From assembly GCA_001655205.1 (NCBI GenBank), contig LPNZ01007498.1:1-41345 (forward strand): a stretch of DNA of 41,345 bases. The letters are read 5' to 3'. Within the stretch, counting starts at the first letter, position 1. Each line of letters opens with the position of its first letter. The notes under the pieces are model-generated. The model did no database searches. It was given only the letters and a program-made list of their open reading frames with translations, and had not been told where the DNA came from. Shown one piece after another: positions 11,448-22,764 of this stretch. Origin of the DNA: Lenisia limosa (Eukaryota > Protista > Breviatea). A program made the translations under genes and the position numbers.

Positions 11448-14400
11448 AATTCACCCAATCATTTGCCATACAACTCTGTGCGCATAGCTTTTTGCGTGCC
11501 TCCCCAGCATACCTACAAGGATTAGATTCATGAATAAGGACAATAGTCCCTGCATAATAACCCAGGTAGGCCCTCATAAAATACACTCTATCATAGTACT
11601 GTAGTTAGGGTACAGTATAGTTTTATTTCAAATAACAAATTACAGAGATTACTGCGTTCAAGGAAAATCCCCTCTTACCTCATTTTCAAGATCTGCAATT
11701 TTGGCTTCAAACAATTCCTCAGTATTTGAAAGCTTCTGTATCACACTAAACAGTAACCAACCAGAAAGACCGGTGCAATTTAGAACAGGTATAAGTTTAT
11801 TCCAAGCCCAGCCAACTCTTCAGCCCGCTTATTCGACTGTTCAAGTGCTATTTGGGAGTCCTTTAGGGCACAGCTATCTGCAGCCTGAGCTGCCACTGTC
11901 ACTGCATTCGATGCCTGATAGATGATCAAAGGACGTAGGGACGACAAATACTTGGAATATATCATATTGTTTTGATTTACCCACTAATTTACGTTAAGAA
12001 ATTCAATAATAATAGAAAACGGTTCCCGCTGACTTCCAATGTTGCAACCACTTGCTCGACTTCTTGAACTCTATTCTGACACTGAGTCTCACATTTCTAA
12101 ACGGTATAAGTTGTGGAATATGAAGAAAAAACCCCAGAAACAATGAGGACAATTGATCACCCAAGCAACACTGTTTCCTTTCCCCATTACAATTAGCTTG
12201 TCCTGAAGAAGGGCAACCTCCTGTTCCAATGATACACTTCTCAAAAGGATGTCCGTCTTCTCTTCTGCCCATTGCTGCTGAGGCTGCAGTATCAAAGGAA
12301 TTGGCTTACATACTCAATTACAACAAGAAACAGCTCCTTGCCTACATTGGAAAGAGCCTCAGCAATTTGCTCCTCCTTGCCCTCCAAAGCAGCCATTGTT
12401 TTAAGTCGTAAGTCTTTTGTACTCATTTCTAGCTCACTTGCCTGTTGCCGGGCAGCTGAAATATTAATACTTTCATTAACAGACTTACATAACATACAAT
12501 AATATCATATGATATGATATAATAATGATAAGATTAGTATCTGATATGATCTATAGGCGTCCGTTCAAAATTCTGATTTATTTTTGAGGTTTGAAATAAG
12601 ATATTTTATGTTTATTTCAGCGTAAAATCTCAAACATGTTGAAATAGTCTTAGACGGTACAAAAATATCATTGTGTAAAATGAAACAACAAACCATCACG
12701 CTCATCAATAGTTCTCGTAAGATCCGCAGTAGCCACCTGTAGTGATGCCTGGGTCTGAACTGTTAACAGAGCCAACAGGGTGAAAGCCTCTCCTGAGAGA
12801 AGAACTCATTAACTTGATGACCCTCTCACTTCGGCTAACTGAACTGCAAGTGAAGAATTTGTGGACTCCAACTTATCAAAACGGTCTTCAAACTAACAAA
12901 ATGGTCAAAAGACTTTGTGAAGTTTTACAGGTTTATAAACAAGTGTTTTCCATAGCCCTACCAGTGACACGGTGTTGGTATGGCTGTCTTGCTCGTCAGC
13001 AAGCTCAGACCTCAGACTTTCTAACTGTGTTCTAAAGGAGTGACGAGATGGAAAGTGAGACAAGGCACGAGATGCACAACTCACTCCAAAGATAGCCTAT
13101 CATCTGTTGACTCTTGAGAAGCATTCTGAAGAAGGAGAAAGTGAAAATGAAAAACGCCAATGTGCTGTGAATACCAACATTGCACCTCCTACAAAGGCTT
13201 CAGCAAGACGGTCAACTTGAGCATGAGCTTCTGACAAGGCAATATCTTTTTGCCGCAACTGGTTTTCATCTACACTTTCAGTGGTCACGGAGATATGCCC
13301 AAATGGTCACTGAAAAGAGTATTATTACATACTTAGTATAGCTTGAGTTTTTTTACAATGATCATATGATATGTATGTATATTATTATATATGATATATA
13401 TAGATATATGATATACTATATCATATATATATATAATATAGTATAGCATCATATATAATCACAGTGCTATGTCAAGGTACCTTGCTCGCGTTGCGCTTCA
13501 ACAGCACGCAGGCGCTCATCTTTTAGTGTTACTTGAGACTTGAGTTGCGCAAACTCTTCAATCTGAAAATAAGGCAACTCTAAAATACTCTCACGTAGAT
13601 GATACCTACCTTGTCCATGAGATCTCTTTCAACAGAAGCGGCTTCTTCCTCAGTCGTTGCTAAAGATACCAATGCCTGGATAGTCAAATTGATTCAAAAA
13701 GAGGTATTATACGTAGGAAATAAGTACCGATCCGAACCTCTTCACGTTCCTGAACAGCGACGGCAAGGCTTCCTAGAATTATTATAAAATATGCTGGTAT
13801 TATCAATTAAACATTAATAAGTTCACCCCAAACCGGAAAGCGTCTGAACTTGAACTCTCAGCCTTTCGACTTCCTCAGTAGCTGCTAACACATGGTCAAG
13901 CTGTACTGGAGCTACTGGGGAGGATGGTGGTCTAGAAATAAAAGTTAGTGCAATAATAAGGTGTGAAGTAAAACACGGCGTACTCTGGGGATTGTTCAGG
14001 CACTGACTGTATGACCTAAGTAAATAAGATGTGAAGGAATAAAAGAAAACTGAGGAACACCAAAACAAACCTCTAGCTGAGCATCATCGTCATTCTCATT
14101 GAGGGATTCTTCTAATAAATAAAACTCTTTGTTTGAAACACAAGTAATATGATCAAAGCAAACCTTCTGCCTTTTCTGGAAGTTTTTCTTCCCTAAATAT
14201 CACAGCCTCCTAAACAATGAAAATCAATGTGAAAAGACAAAAAGATAAGATTGAATGCAACCCTTCAAACCTCATCCTGACTTGGACTGCTTGGAACACT
14301 GATGTCACTGTTGTTCGATTGCTCAGCAATGGCCCCATTAGGTTCCTAAGCGGTTGATTTGTTATAAAAGAGAGCCTTGAATAAGGAAACAATGAACGTG

Positions 14401-15196
14401 ATAAACAAGGGAGGTTTGCCCACCTCCTCAGCTGAATCAACTGACTCATCTTTGGTTTCTTCAGCTGTCGGAAAAGTCTCAACTGGAGGTATGAATGTTT
14501 CCAAGCTTTTTGTCCCATATGTTCCTAATGTTTTCATATTGAAGAATTTTCAATTTTGAATTGCCATGATGTTGTCACCACTTACGAGGGGGTGATATGG
14601 ATTTGGGTTTGATGGGGGTTGCCTTTAATCCTAAAGTGTCAATTGTTTGTTTAGGTTACAATAAACACCGCATAAAAATAAAAATAAAAATAAAGGTGAA
14701 AACTGGCTTCCACAAAAGGCAGTTGCAAGTTATGTGTTTTTTGAAAGCTACACTTGCCTTCTCATCATAATAAAATGTACTCATATTACCTGAGGGTTTC
14801 CTTGGAAGGCGGGATTCATGATTTTTCTGAAAACGAGGCTTATACTCTGCAGTCACTTCTGAGTGGTGAAATCAACAAAGCACAAAAAAACCCGTTTGAA
14901 AAGCATCCAGCCAGACCTTGTTCTTCAGAAATTCCCTTTCCATCCTTCTCATCCCAGGAAGACTCAACTGTTTTCTAGGAAAGAAGATAAAGTTGAGGAA
15001 AGCCACATAAACTGACAGTTATAACTTACTTTCTTTTCGGCAACCTTTTCAGGGGTGTTTCCAAAGACTTCGGCAGTGCGGTCGTCCAGAACCTATTTTG
15101 TATTAAAAATCCTAAATGAAAGCTGCAAGAGGCCATTAGAACAGCCTAGGTGGTTAACTAGCTACACACCTGGACAACATTGGCAAGCCATGACAT
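11448..15196 (-). CDS. Long coiled-coil protein, golgin-like
   Basis: Starts MSWLANVVQ|VLDDRTAEVFG, resembling the amphipathic N-terminal MSW motifs of golgin-84/GMAP-210-type golgins. A Ser/Thr-rich linker follows, then many heptad-like exons (HVLAATEEVERLRVQVQ; QLESLRSELADEQD; FEDRFDKLESTNSSLAVQLAEVR; LFEAKIADLENE). The 3' end is uncertain. Confidence 0.65.
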
Positions 15197-15676
15197 CTTT
15201 CAATAAGCTTCTGAGCTAAATATTGGTAGATCTGGGTAGCTGCGCAATAGCTGTGGAAAAAGGAAAAGGAGAAAAAAGAAACAGGGGGGGGAGGGAAAGC
15301 AGTGAACCAGATCCCTCGGATCTTTTTATTCTGGAAGTTTCTTCCGGCGTTTCAGCCCCTTCACCCACCCCCTGCCAACTTCCTAATCTTCCTGTCCTGT
15401 CCCTTCCAAAAAATTTGTCCTTCGTCGCCTCCGACACACGTCAGCCGTGCGTCAGCCCGCCAGCCCAAGCCCAGTTAACTCCCACCCAAGTTTCCACCCC
15501 TTCCCCTTCACATTCCCAGCTTTTCCAGTTCCAACCCAATTCTCTTCCACACTTCTTCATCGAACCAGCTGTGGTGAGCTAGCTGTGCTAAATTGCTAAG
15601 GTTGTGCATTTTTGCAGTGTGGTTGCATTTGTCGCAAAATCTTGTACTAAGTCACAAACCCGTTTTTTTCACTGTG

Positions 15677-16524
15677 ATGGACCCTTCTTTCCGCACAAAG
15701 TGCGACCTAAACGATCGATCCGCTGATATCATTGCCGATTTCATAGAAATCCCTAACAGTCTGAATGAAGGTGCATGTCTGAATCAAGTTGGGTGGATGG
15801 ACAATGATGGAAAGCTGTGTTGTAAGGCCAATGATTGGGTGACTTAGTATTTATTATAGTAGAATTCAATATCTCTTATAAGCGTGATGGTAGTGATGGT
15901 ATGGACGGATTCGGCCGGATAAAACCTTGTTTCATTTCTCATTTCAATATATTTTATTGATTTTTCTTCCTGTTTTTCATTATATAAACTTCAATAAGTT
16001 CGTACTTTGTTGTGTGAAATAATGCATTTCAGGATGTATTGAAAGTTATGAAGATGATAAGTAAACTGGACCCAATCTTCAAATACTATGGCCAACAGAT
16101 TGCGTTGATAGAGCGACAGACACACCAAGTTGTTCAAGGGTAAGATCTCTGCTTCAAGGATAGAGAAATGAAGGCTCAGAATAAGTATTGTTTTGTTTTT
16201 TTACAATACCCTTTATGAATATATTTAGTATTCCTAGGAATCAAAGCTCTTCTTATCACTGCTTTAGAAGTTAAAATTGTGATTTTTGTTTGATATATTT
16301 CAGAACATTAGCGATCCACCAGGCGCTGAAACCCATTTCTGCAATTCAGACAACTTTGAGTTCTCTCAAAAACCCAAGATTGATTTCTGCTCAAAAAGGT
16401 AGGGTGTTTATTCGTTGTTTTTGCTTTCGTTCACTGGCTGACTGTGTCAGGACCAGGATCACCTCTCAATCGAGATGGTGCTGCTTTCAAGGATGCCATG
16501 GCTAAGAAGTATCAGATGGACTGA
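15677..16524 (+). CDS. Small hypothetical protein (multi-exon orphan)
   Basis: ATG at 15677 (MDPSFRT...), then GT-AG-bounded segments (GCIESYEDDK, HTKLFKGIKALLITALE, GPGSPLNRDGAAFKDAMAKKYQMD*). The exon phases are not fully resolved. Confidence 0.45.
15870..15945 (-). repeat. Interspersed ~65-nt repeat, copy B (intronic, with internal duplication of ccatcac)
   Basis: tatctcttataagcgtgatggtagtgatggtatggacggattcggccggataaaaccttgtttcatttctcatttc is the reverse complement of the copy A pattern. Confidence 0.85.
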
Positions 16525-16869
16525 AAAGACCAACATTATTATGGTTGGTGAGTTGGTGAATCTATTTAGTGCATCATGTGACGATCTAATAATTGGGACG
16601 TTGATACGGAGTGGGGTTGCACCAGAGTTGAGGAGTTGCTTCATATTCAGGCAAGAAGGTGGCTCCCCGTTTGGATAGTGTGCCCGCGTTATTGTGTTTT
16701 CAATCGCACTAAGGAGTTTATCCGTGCATTTGCGGTTTTAGTTTCTTATTTGACCACTTCAGTTAAATGTGCAGTTTCGATCTGGTCGGCCAACTAAAGT
16801 GTTGGAGGTAGTTACATTTAATATACTAGTATGATTATTTAACTCAATTTACTAAAAATGGAATGCATC

Positions 16870-18240
16870 CTAAAGACCCATTCTACTTCCAAATTTGCGA
16901 CTTCTGCCTTGCTCAAACTGCCTCTCAAGCTGGTAGTTCATGGACGATGACTGGACTGCCGCTGCAGTGCTGCTCGACTGAAAAGGTCAAAGAGACTTGT
17001 GGCTTAATAAACCAAAACTTCAAGGATTCTTCAACCTATATAACCTCGTCTGAATACTGTATGCTCATTTTAAAAAAAATACCTGGTCCAAGCATACAGG
17101 GGTTGATGTTGCAGGCTTTTTTGAAGCGGCCGCACCAGCGCCCATTCTACACCCTGTTAGTCTGGAAAAAGACAAGATACAAGAGATTCCAGGAAAATCT
17201 TATGAAAAGTACTCTCCAACAACTCTGAAGCATTATAGAATAATGTGGAGAACTAAAACAAGGTAGAATGTCGAATCCGGCCGAAGCCGTTTACACTATC
17301 ACGCTAATTGAATTTTTATATTACTAATCACCAAATCTGTCTTAAAACTCTGCAGTATTATTGTTTCTCAAAATTGTTCGGTCATATTATAGTCATACGA
17401 TATTATCAAAAACTATATGAGGTATCCAAAAGCATGTTCCCAAACCCACAGTCTCATGAACTTATCATTTCTCGCCGAAGACCCTAGGTTGGCTGTATCC
17501 CACTGGTTGTATCCCCCGTATGAAGTATTTTTTGATGTAGAAGAGTCATCTTCAGCCTTGGCAAACATTGACGATAAGCCCTTCTTCTCCGTGGTAATTT
17601 GGGTTGACTTCTCAGAACCCTCCTTTTCTGCCTTTCCTGCCTTTTCTTTCTTTTTTCTCTCCCTTTTCTCTCCTTTTTCCTTTCGTTCCCTTCTTTCTTC
17701 CATTCTTTCATTGTCATAATCCCTGGAGAATGTTAAAATTATAGATACGATGTAAATGCATATTAAAAAATTTCATATATTATACAACATATCACATTAT
17801 ATACTCTGTATGTTAGTTGCAAAAGAGAAAGGGAGTATTACATATATACTATATGTGTGTGCTCAATATGTTTTAAAGCCGAATGAATCATCATTACCCC
17901 TTCCCTTGTGTATAAGTCATACAAGATGAAATGGTTTTATCACTCAAAAATACAAAACCCACCTTTCTCTCTGCTTTCTTTCTGGGGTTCTGGAGCGAGA
18001 GCGTTCTACCCTTTTCTTCTCCTTCCTCTCTTGTTTTTTTCGAGCATGGCGCTCCGCTTCTGTTTCTTCTTTTCGCACACTCTTTTCTTTCTTTTCAGTT
18101 TTTTTCTTTTCCTTCCTCTCCCTTTTGGATTCTGAATCACAAGAGCTCTTTGAACTATAGTGAAGATTAAAGGCAGAATAATATGTTGCAATTGTCTCAC
18201 GGTCACAAGTGTGTACTTTCGATTTAAAAGACAGTTCATC
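16870..18240 (-). CDS. Lys/Glu/Arg-rich protein with C-terminal SMAP (small acidic protein) domain, KNOP1-like
   Basis: KE-rich exons lead into YGGYNQWDTANLGSSARNDKFMRL|MGAGAAASKKPATSTP|SSSTAAAVQSSSMNYQLERQFEQGRSRKFGSRMGL*. W-x-x-A-x-LG---R--KF-RLMG and LE-QFEQG are SMAP hallmarks. The start codon is uncertain (about 18150-18240). Confidence 0.8.
17245..17305 (+). repeat. Interspersed ~65-nt repeat, copy C (intron of the SMAP gene)
   Basis: ...aaaacaaggtagaatgtcgaatccggccgaagccgtttacactatcacgct. Confidence 0.75.
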
Positions 18241-18689
18241 CCAAGTACCAAAGTTGCACTGCGATTATTCAGTCGATTATTATCAAAGTGGACACGTGTA
18301 GAAATATCAAGAGAAACAGTGAGCACGTGTGGTTTAAACGTGGTTAACAAAAGGTTATGAGGAAAGGAAAAGACGATTCACCATCACTTGTCAAAAATAG
18401 CTTTTTGTACAGTGTAATAACATATAAATCAAAAAGTAGGTGAAAAACAGATTCATAAACAGCTTCATAAACAGCTTCAGGTGTTGAAACTGTGTTGAAA
18501 TGGAAAAGGAATGTATCGTCACCCCCCCCCCACACACACACCCCNNNNNNNNNNNNNNNNNNNNNNNNNNNNNNNNNNNNNNNNNNNNNNNNNNNNNNNN
18601 NNNNNNNNNNNNNNNNNNNNNNNNACTGTGAAGGAAAACCAATGTTTAGATAGAATTAAATTTGAAGAGGAAAGTTGAATAATGATATG

Positions 18690-21600
18690 GTGCTGACGCC
18701 TTTCCCTGTCAGCCTACAAGTTTCTCCCTATCTTTCTTCCTCTCTGGTACACTCCCCCAGCAAATTCCCCAGTAGTAGTCAAGTACCCTGCGTAAAGAAA
18801 ACTGTAAATAATGTAACAAATGTGTATTGGCGAGCCCAAAAATTTGGATTCATTTGAACAACCCATACATATATCTTCTAATCTTCTATAGCACTTCTAT
18901 AGCCATATAATGCACATACACGCTTACAGAAAGAGCAAGGGAGGACGGTAAAAGCAGCTTCTACTGTTTGTCATTGGCGATACACCACTCTAGTTATGAA
19001 CTAGTTTTTTTTAGATTTATTAAGAACGGGCATGGGGATTCTGAAGGCCTGGGCTTCAGCCCTTGACTCTGCTGTTTCCAATATTGCAGAGGTTTGCCTG
19101 AGTCTTCGTCTTTTTCGCCAACCTTGTACAGGGAGCAGTTTGTGTGATCAATGAGTCATATTCGCTGTCTGGACGGGCGTTTGAATCGGCGGCGAGTGTC
19201 ACTTTAGATGTGAGTAATATCATTCAATGCATATTTCGCAACTTGGAATCAATCGAAGATATTATTCCCTCGCACCTTTTTTACGCTTCACACAGATGGT
19301 GGATGAGATTGAAAGACAAACTCAAGTCAGTCACAGACGAAAAAGGGTTTGTAGTCTCATCTCTCTGTTGCTTTTACTTATGTGGTGTTGATTATTAATA
19401 TTATAGTCTCGCCTTGTGTCTGGGGCTTTGACTTCATCTTCTCGAATTGTTGACCCTGTTGTAACCAGTGTCAAAAAGTAGGATACTGAGATATTCAAGT
19501 GACTCAGCTGTTTATCCGTGTTGACATTGGTCATTCCATAATTGTCATATACGACTCCAGACACATCAGATGTTTTTCTTGGTCTTCCTGCCAAAATATC
19601 ACCACTCCAGTTATCTTGGCAAAGTTTCTACAAAAGAACAAGTTCGGCATGACCATGCAATGTTGGTGGTCGCCCTACTCTTCTCAGTTTATAGTATACA
19701 ATCATATAGTATTACTATCTGGTCCAAGCCGTGTACAGAATCACATTTATGCAGGAAAAATATTATTCTCTCGATCATTGCTATTCACATTTCAGACACC
19801 CTCATGAACTCGGTGCGACAGGTTTGGTGGAAGACTTCCATATGTCGTCGTTGATGATTATCCGGTCGGCGGCGCAGGTCTCTCGAAGAGCTATTAATCA
19901 CTGTGGGCTTGGGAAGGATGTTTTCCCTTTATTAGGAGCCTCGATGCCCTCACCATTCTAGCTGTCAGGATGTTGGACACTAAAGGCGTCAGAGGGGTAT
20001 TAGAGGTTGTGGATGAGGCTATCGCTGCCGCCCCAGATGGTGGGTAGAGTTAGCAATTAATTGCTATGACAGATATTCCAAGACTACATATCATATCATA
20101 TATTACTCCACCCCCTTCGTTTTTTAATCAAAGCCAGCACTTCATGCGGTGCAGTACGGATGGCACTCCCTGTTTGAAAAGAGCCCCCACCTTCAAATAG
20201 ACCAACGTAGCGTACAAGTAAGCTAATCGTATCAGGCACTTTCAACGACGGTTTTTGGTAGCATTTAGGATTATCTCAATTTAGGATATTATTGTTGGAG
20301 CTGGGTACCCTTGCGAAAGTCATGACATTTTGACAGAAGACGGGTATATTCTGTCTGTCTACAGAATACCAATCCCTTTTTCGGTGAGTTGGCCTGGTAA
20401 TTCTTTTTATTTTTTAGTCCAAAGAACCAAAAGGAACATCAATCGCCCTCTTTCAACACGGAATTATGGACAGGTTGGGTATCATCTATTTTCTTTAAAC
20501 TGTTTAAGTGTTATACGTTGAGCCATGTTCCCTTGCCGTATTTGATCTGTTTAGTGCGTTTGGTTGGGTTGGAGGAGAGGCTACACAGTCAATGGCATTT
20601 CGTGCACATAGTCTTGGACAAGATGTGTGGTTATCAGAATTCAGAGGATCTGGTGGGTAGCTCTTTTGAAACAATATTGGTAGCACCTGTATTTTGTCCA
20701 TCCATCTCTCTCTCCTTACTTCACGCTGAATGCTGTGTGCACAGAGTTGTTGGAGTATTATACCATTATCCAATATCTCTTATAAGCGTGATGGCCTCGG
20801 CCAGATACAATCTTTTTTTATTTCTCATCTCCATATAACTTCTAAAGGTCGACGTCGTCATGTCCGCAAAGACACAACCCACTCGAGCTACTGGCAGTTT
20901 AGCATCAATGAGGTGAGTGCTTGCTTCATATACATATATATGTACTTATTTCTTAGCATGCAATCTATGATCTACCTGCTGTTGTTCGATATATTCTCGA
21001 CACCAAAAGTCGTGAGTACTGTGCTGCTACAGGCTCGGATTGCCCTTCCAGGGTATGTTGTGCATGATAAAATTGGGCTTTAAAGCACACCCTTTTTCAT
21101 GACTTGTAGAATGTCTTTGAAGTCAACCTTGTTGCTCACAGTATGGGTGCAGCTGCCAGTTTGTTCCACGTTGTATATTCCAAAATTCGTCATAGGCCGC
21201 ACAATGTTGATCGATGTAAGTGCCAAATGGCAGTTCTCGCTCTGACTGTTTAGTGATTCTTCTGTCTCCCGCAGGATACCATGCGTACCACCCCAAAAGC
21301 TTCACCTTATTGATGCCAGTCGCAAAGTTACTTATAAGTGCGTGATTCATCCAAATCTTGATGTGAACCTAACCCCATTAGGTTTGACCGGACTATGTGG
21401 AATTCCTCAATTTCCAAAAGTACAGTGGGGTTCTTTATGTACAGGTGCAAAATGAGACATCACCAACAGGATTGATGTAAAAGGTGACATTGTAGATCCT
21501 GCGTTTGTTTGTTGCAAAAGTCGTGGAAGACGTTCGTCGAAACCCTAGTTTAATGGCCCTTCTTAGTCGGGTGTGGTCCTATTGGCTCGGGTTGGCTGGA

Positions 21601-22652
21601 TTTATTGTGTCATGGGTTAAAATCCGCCTAGTACTCTGATGACATTTACAGAGGGTCCCCTGGAACATCACCGTTATCTGAAATCCGCTCCATTGGCTAC
21701 CATTTAATGGCAGGTGAGTGATTGTTGTGTCTCAGTGAAGGAACTTCTTAAGACTCATAGCTTAGGTGTTTCCATGACAGTTATTCGCCACTTTATTCAG
21801 CTCCATCAGTCAGGGAAATTCCAATGCTTTGATTATGGAAAAAGTTTGCACCACCAGCCGCCCTAAAATTATATTCTTTCATTTTGTTGATATGTTATGT
21901 TCCTGTGATTGCCATTGGAGAATGCTTATTGACAACCTTTAGTGCGTAATGAGGAAGTTTATGGAACCAGTTCACCACCGGATCTCCACCAGTATTTTCA
22001 CACCATTGATATTCCAGTTCACTTCATTATGGGTCTTGAAGTGAGTAGAGGACGCCATTTATTGTCTATCATCACTTTCATCAGGACCGGGTTATTGCAC
22101 CTGAAAATGTGCTGCGTCATTACCACGGTCTTGCGACCTTCCGACCCGACCTTGCTCATCTCAAGACGTTCGCATTTTCCGGCCATGTGGACTTTATTCT
22201 CAATTTATCTGATGAAGTCATCTGCCATGTTGCTGAAATCCTCTCTTCAAAGGTTTGACTTGCTTTTTCTAAGCTCTATGGTTTGGTTGATTTTTACCCA
22301 TTTTCAGGCAAGACACCTGAGCCCTTCAGGACGAAACACTCCGCATACCATAACCAGGGTTGGTCCTTTGGCCACGTCCCGAAATTCTTGACCATCACAA
22401 TATTACCCTGAAGGGATAACTATTATTAATATATTAATAGCTATTATTATGTAATAGTTATTAATAGCACTATAAATAGCACTATGTGTAATTTTTCAGC
22501 AACCCACTTGGCCGCAAATGGACCCCATGGACTACGCGACGGAAGTGGGGAGAACTGCGTCAATAGCTGGTAAGTCTTCCCTCCTTTCCCTTGGGATATT
22601 TATGAATTAAGGAGTAGTTCCATGGACCAACCAAGCCCTTGCGCCTTTTTGA
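18690..22652 (+). CDS. Alpha/beta-hydrolase lipase (abhydro_lipase, lysosomal/gastric lipase-like) with long N-terminal extension
   Basis: DIIVGAGYPCESHDILTEDGYILSVYRIP; ALFQHGIMDSAFGWV; GQDVWLSEFRGS; YWQFSINE|HAIYDLPAVVRYIL; nucleophile elbow LVAHSMG; LSPAG; YGTSSPPDL...IPVHFIMGLE|DRVIAPENV; FSGHVDF (catalytic His). In-frame plus-strand exons extend upstream to about 18700-19000. Start and last exons are approximate. Confidence 0.85.
20774..20832 (-). repeat. Interspersed ~65-nt repeat, copy D (lipase intron; internally deleted, hairpin retained)
   Basis: tatctcttataagcgtgatggcctcggccagatacaatctttttttatttctcatctcc. Confidence 0.85.
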
Positions 22653-22764
22653 GTACTCAGCCGGTTTATTGATTATGTTGTATCATTGTTTTTCTTTTCA
22701 AAAACATATGGACTGTTATTCTTTAATGTAATATTTGTATTAAATCTTCTTGTGCTTGTTTCCC

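Noticed and set aside
7853-15196. Functional clustering of trafficking genes (AKTIP-like near golgin-like)
   Set aside because: Neighbourhood in a eukaryotic genome is weak evidence, and the golgin call itself is tentative.
16863-17228. Plus-strand 121-aa ORF, first suspected to be a TE relic
   Set aside because: It is the antisense shadow of the last two exons and introns of the SMAP-domain gene.
19331-19900. Minus-strand gene suggested by ORF MAGRPRKTSD...
   Set aside because: Splice signals and continuity fit plus-strand lipase exons better.
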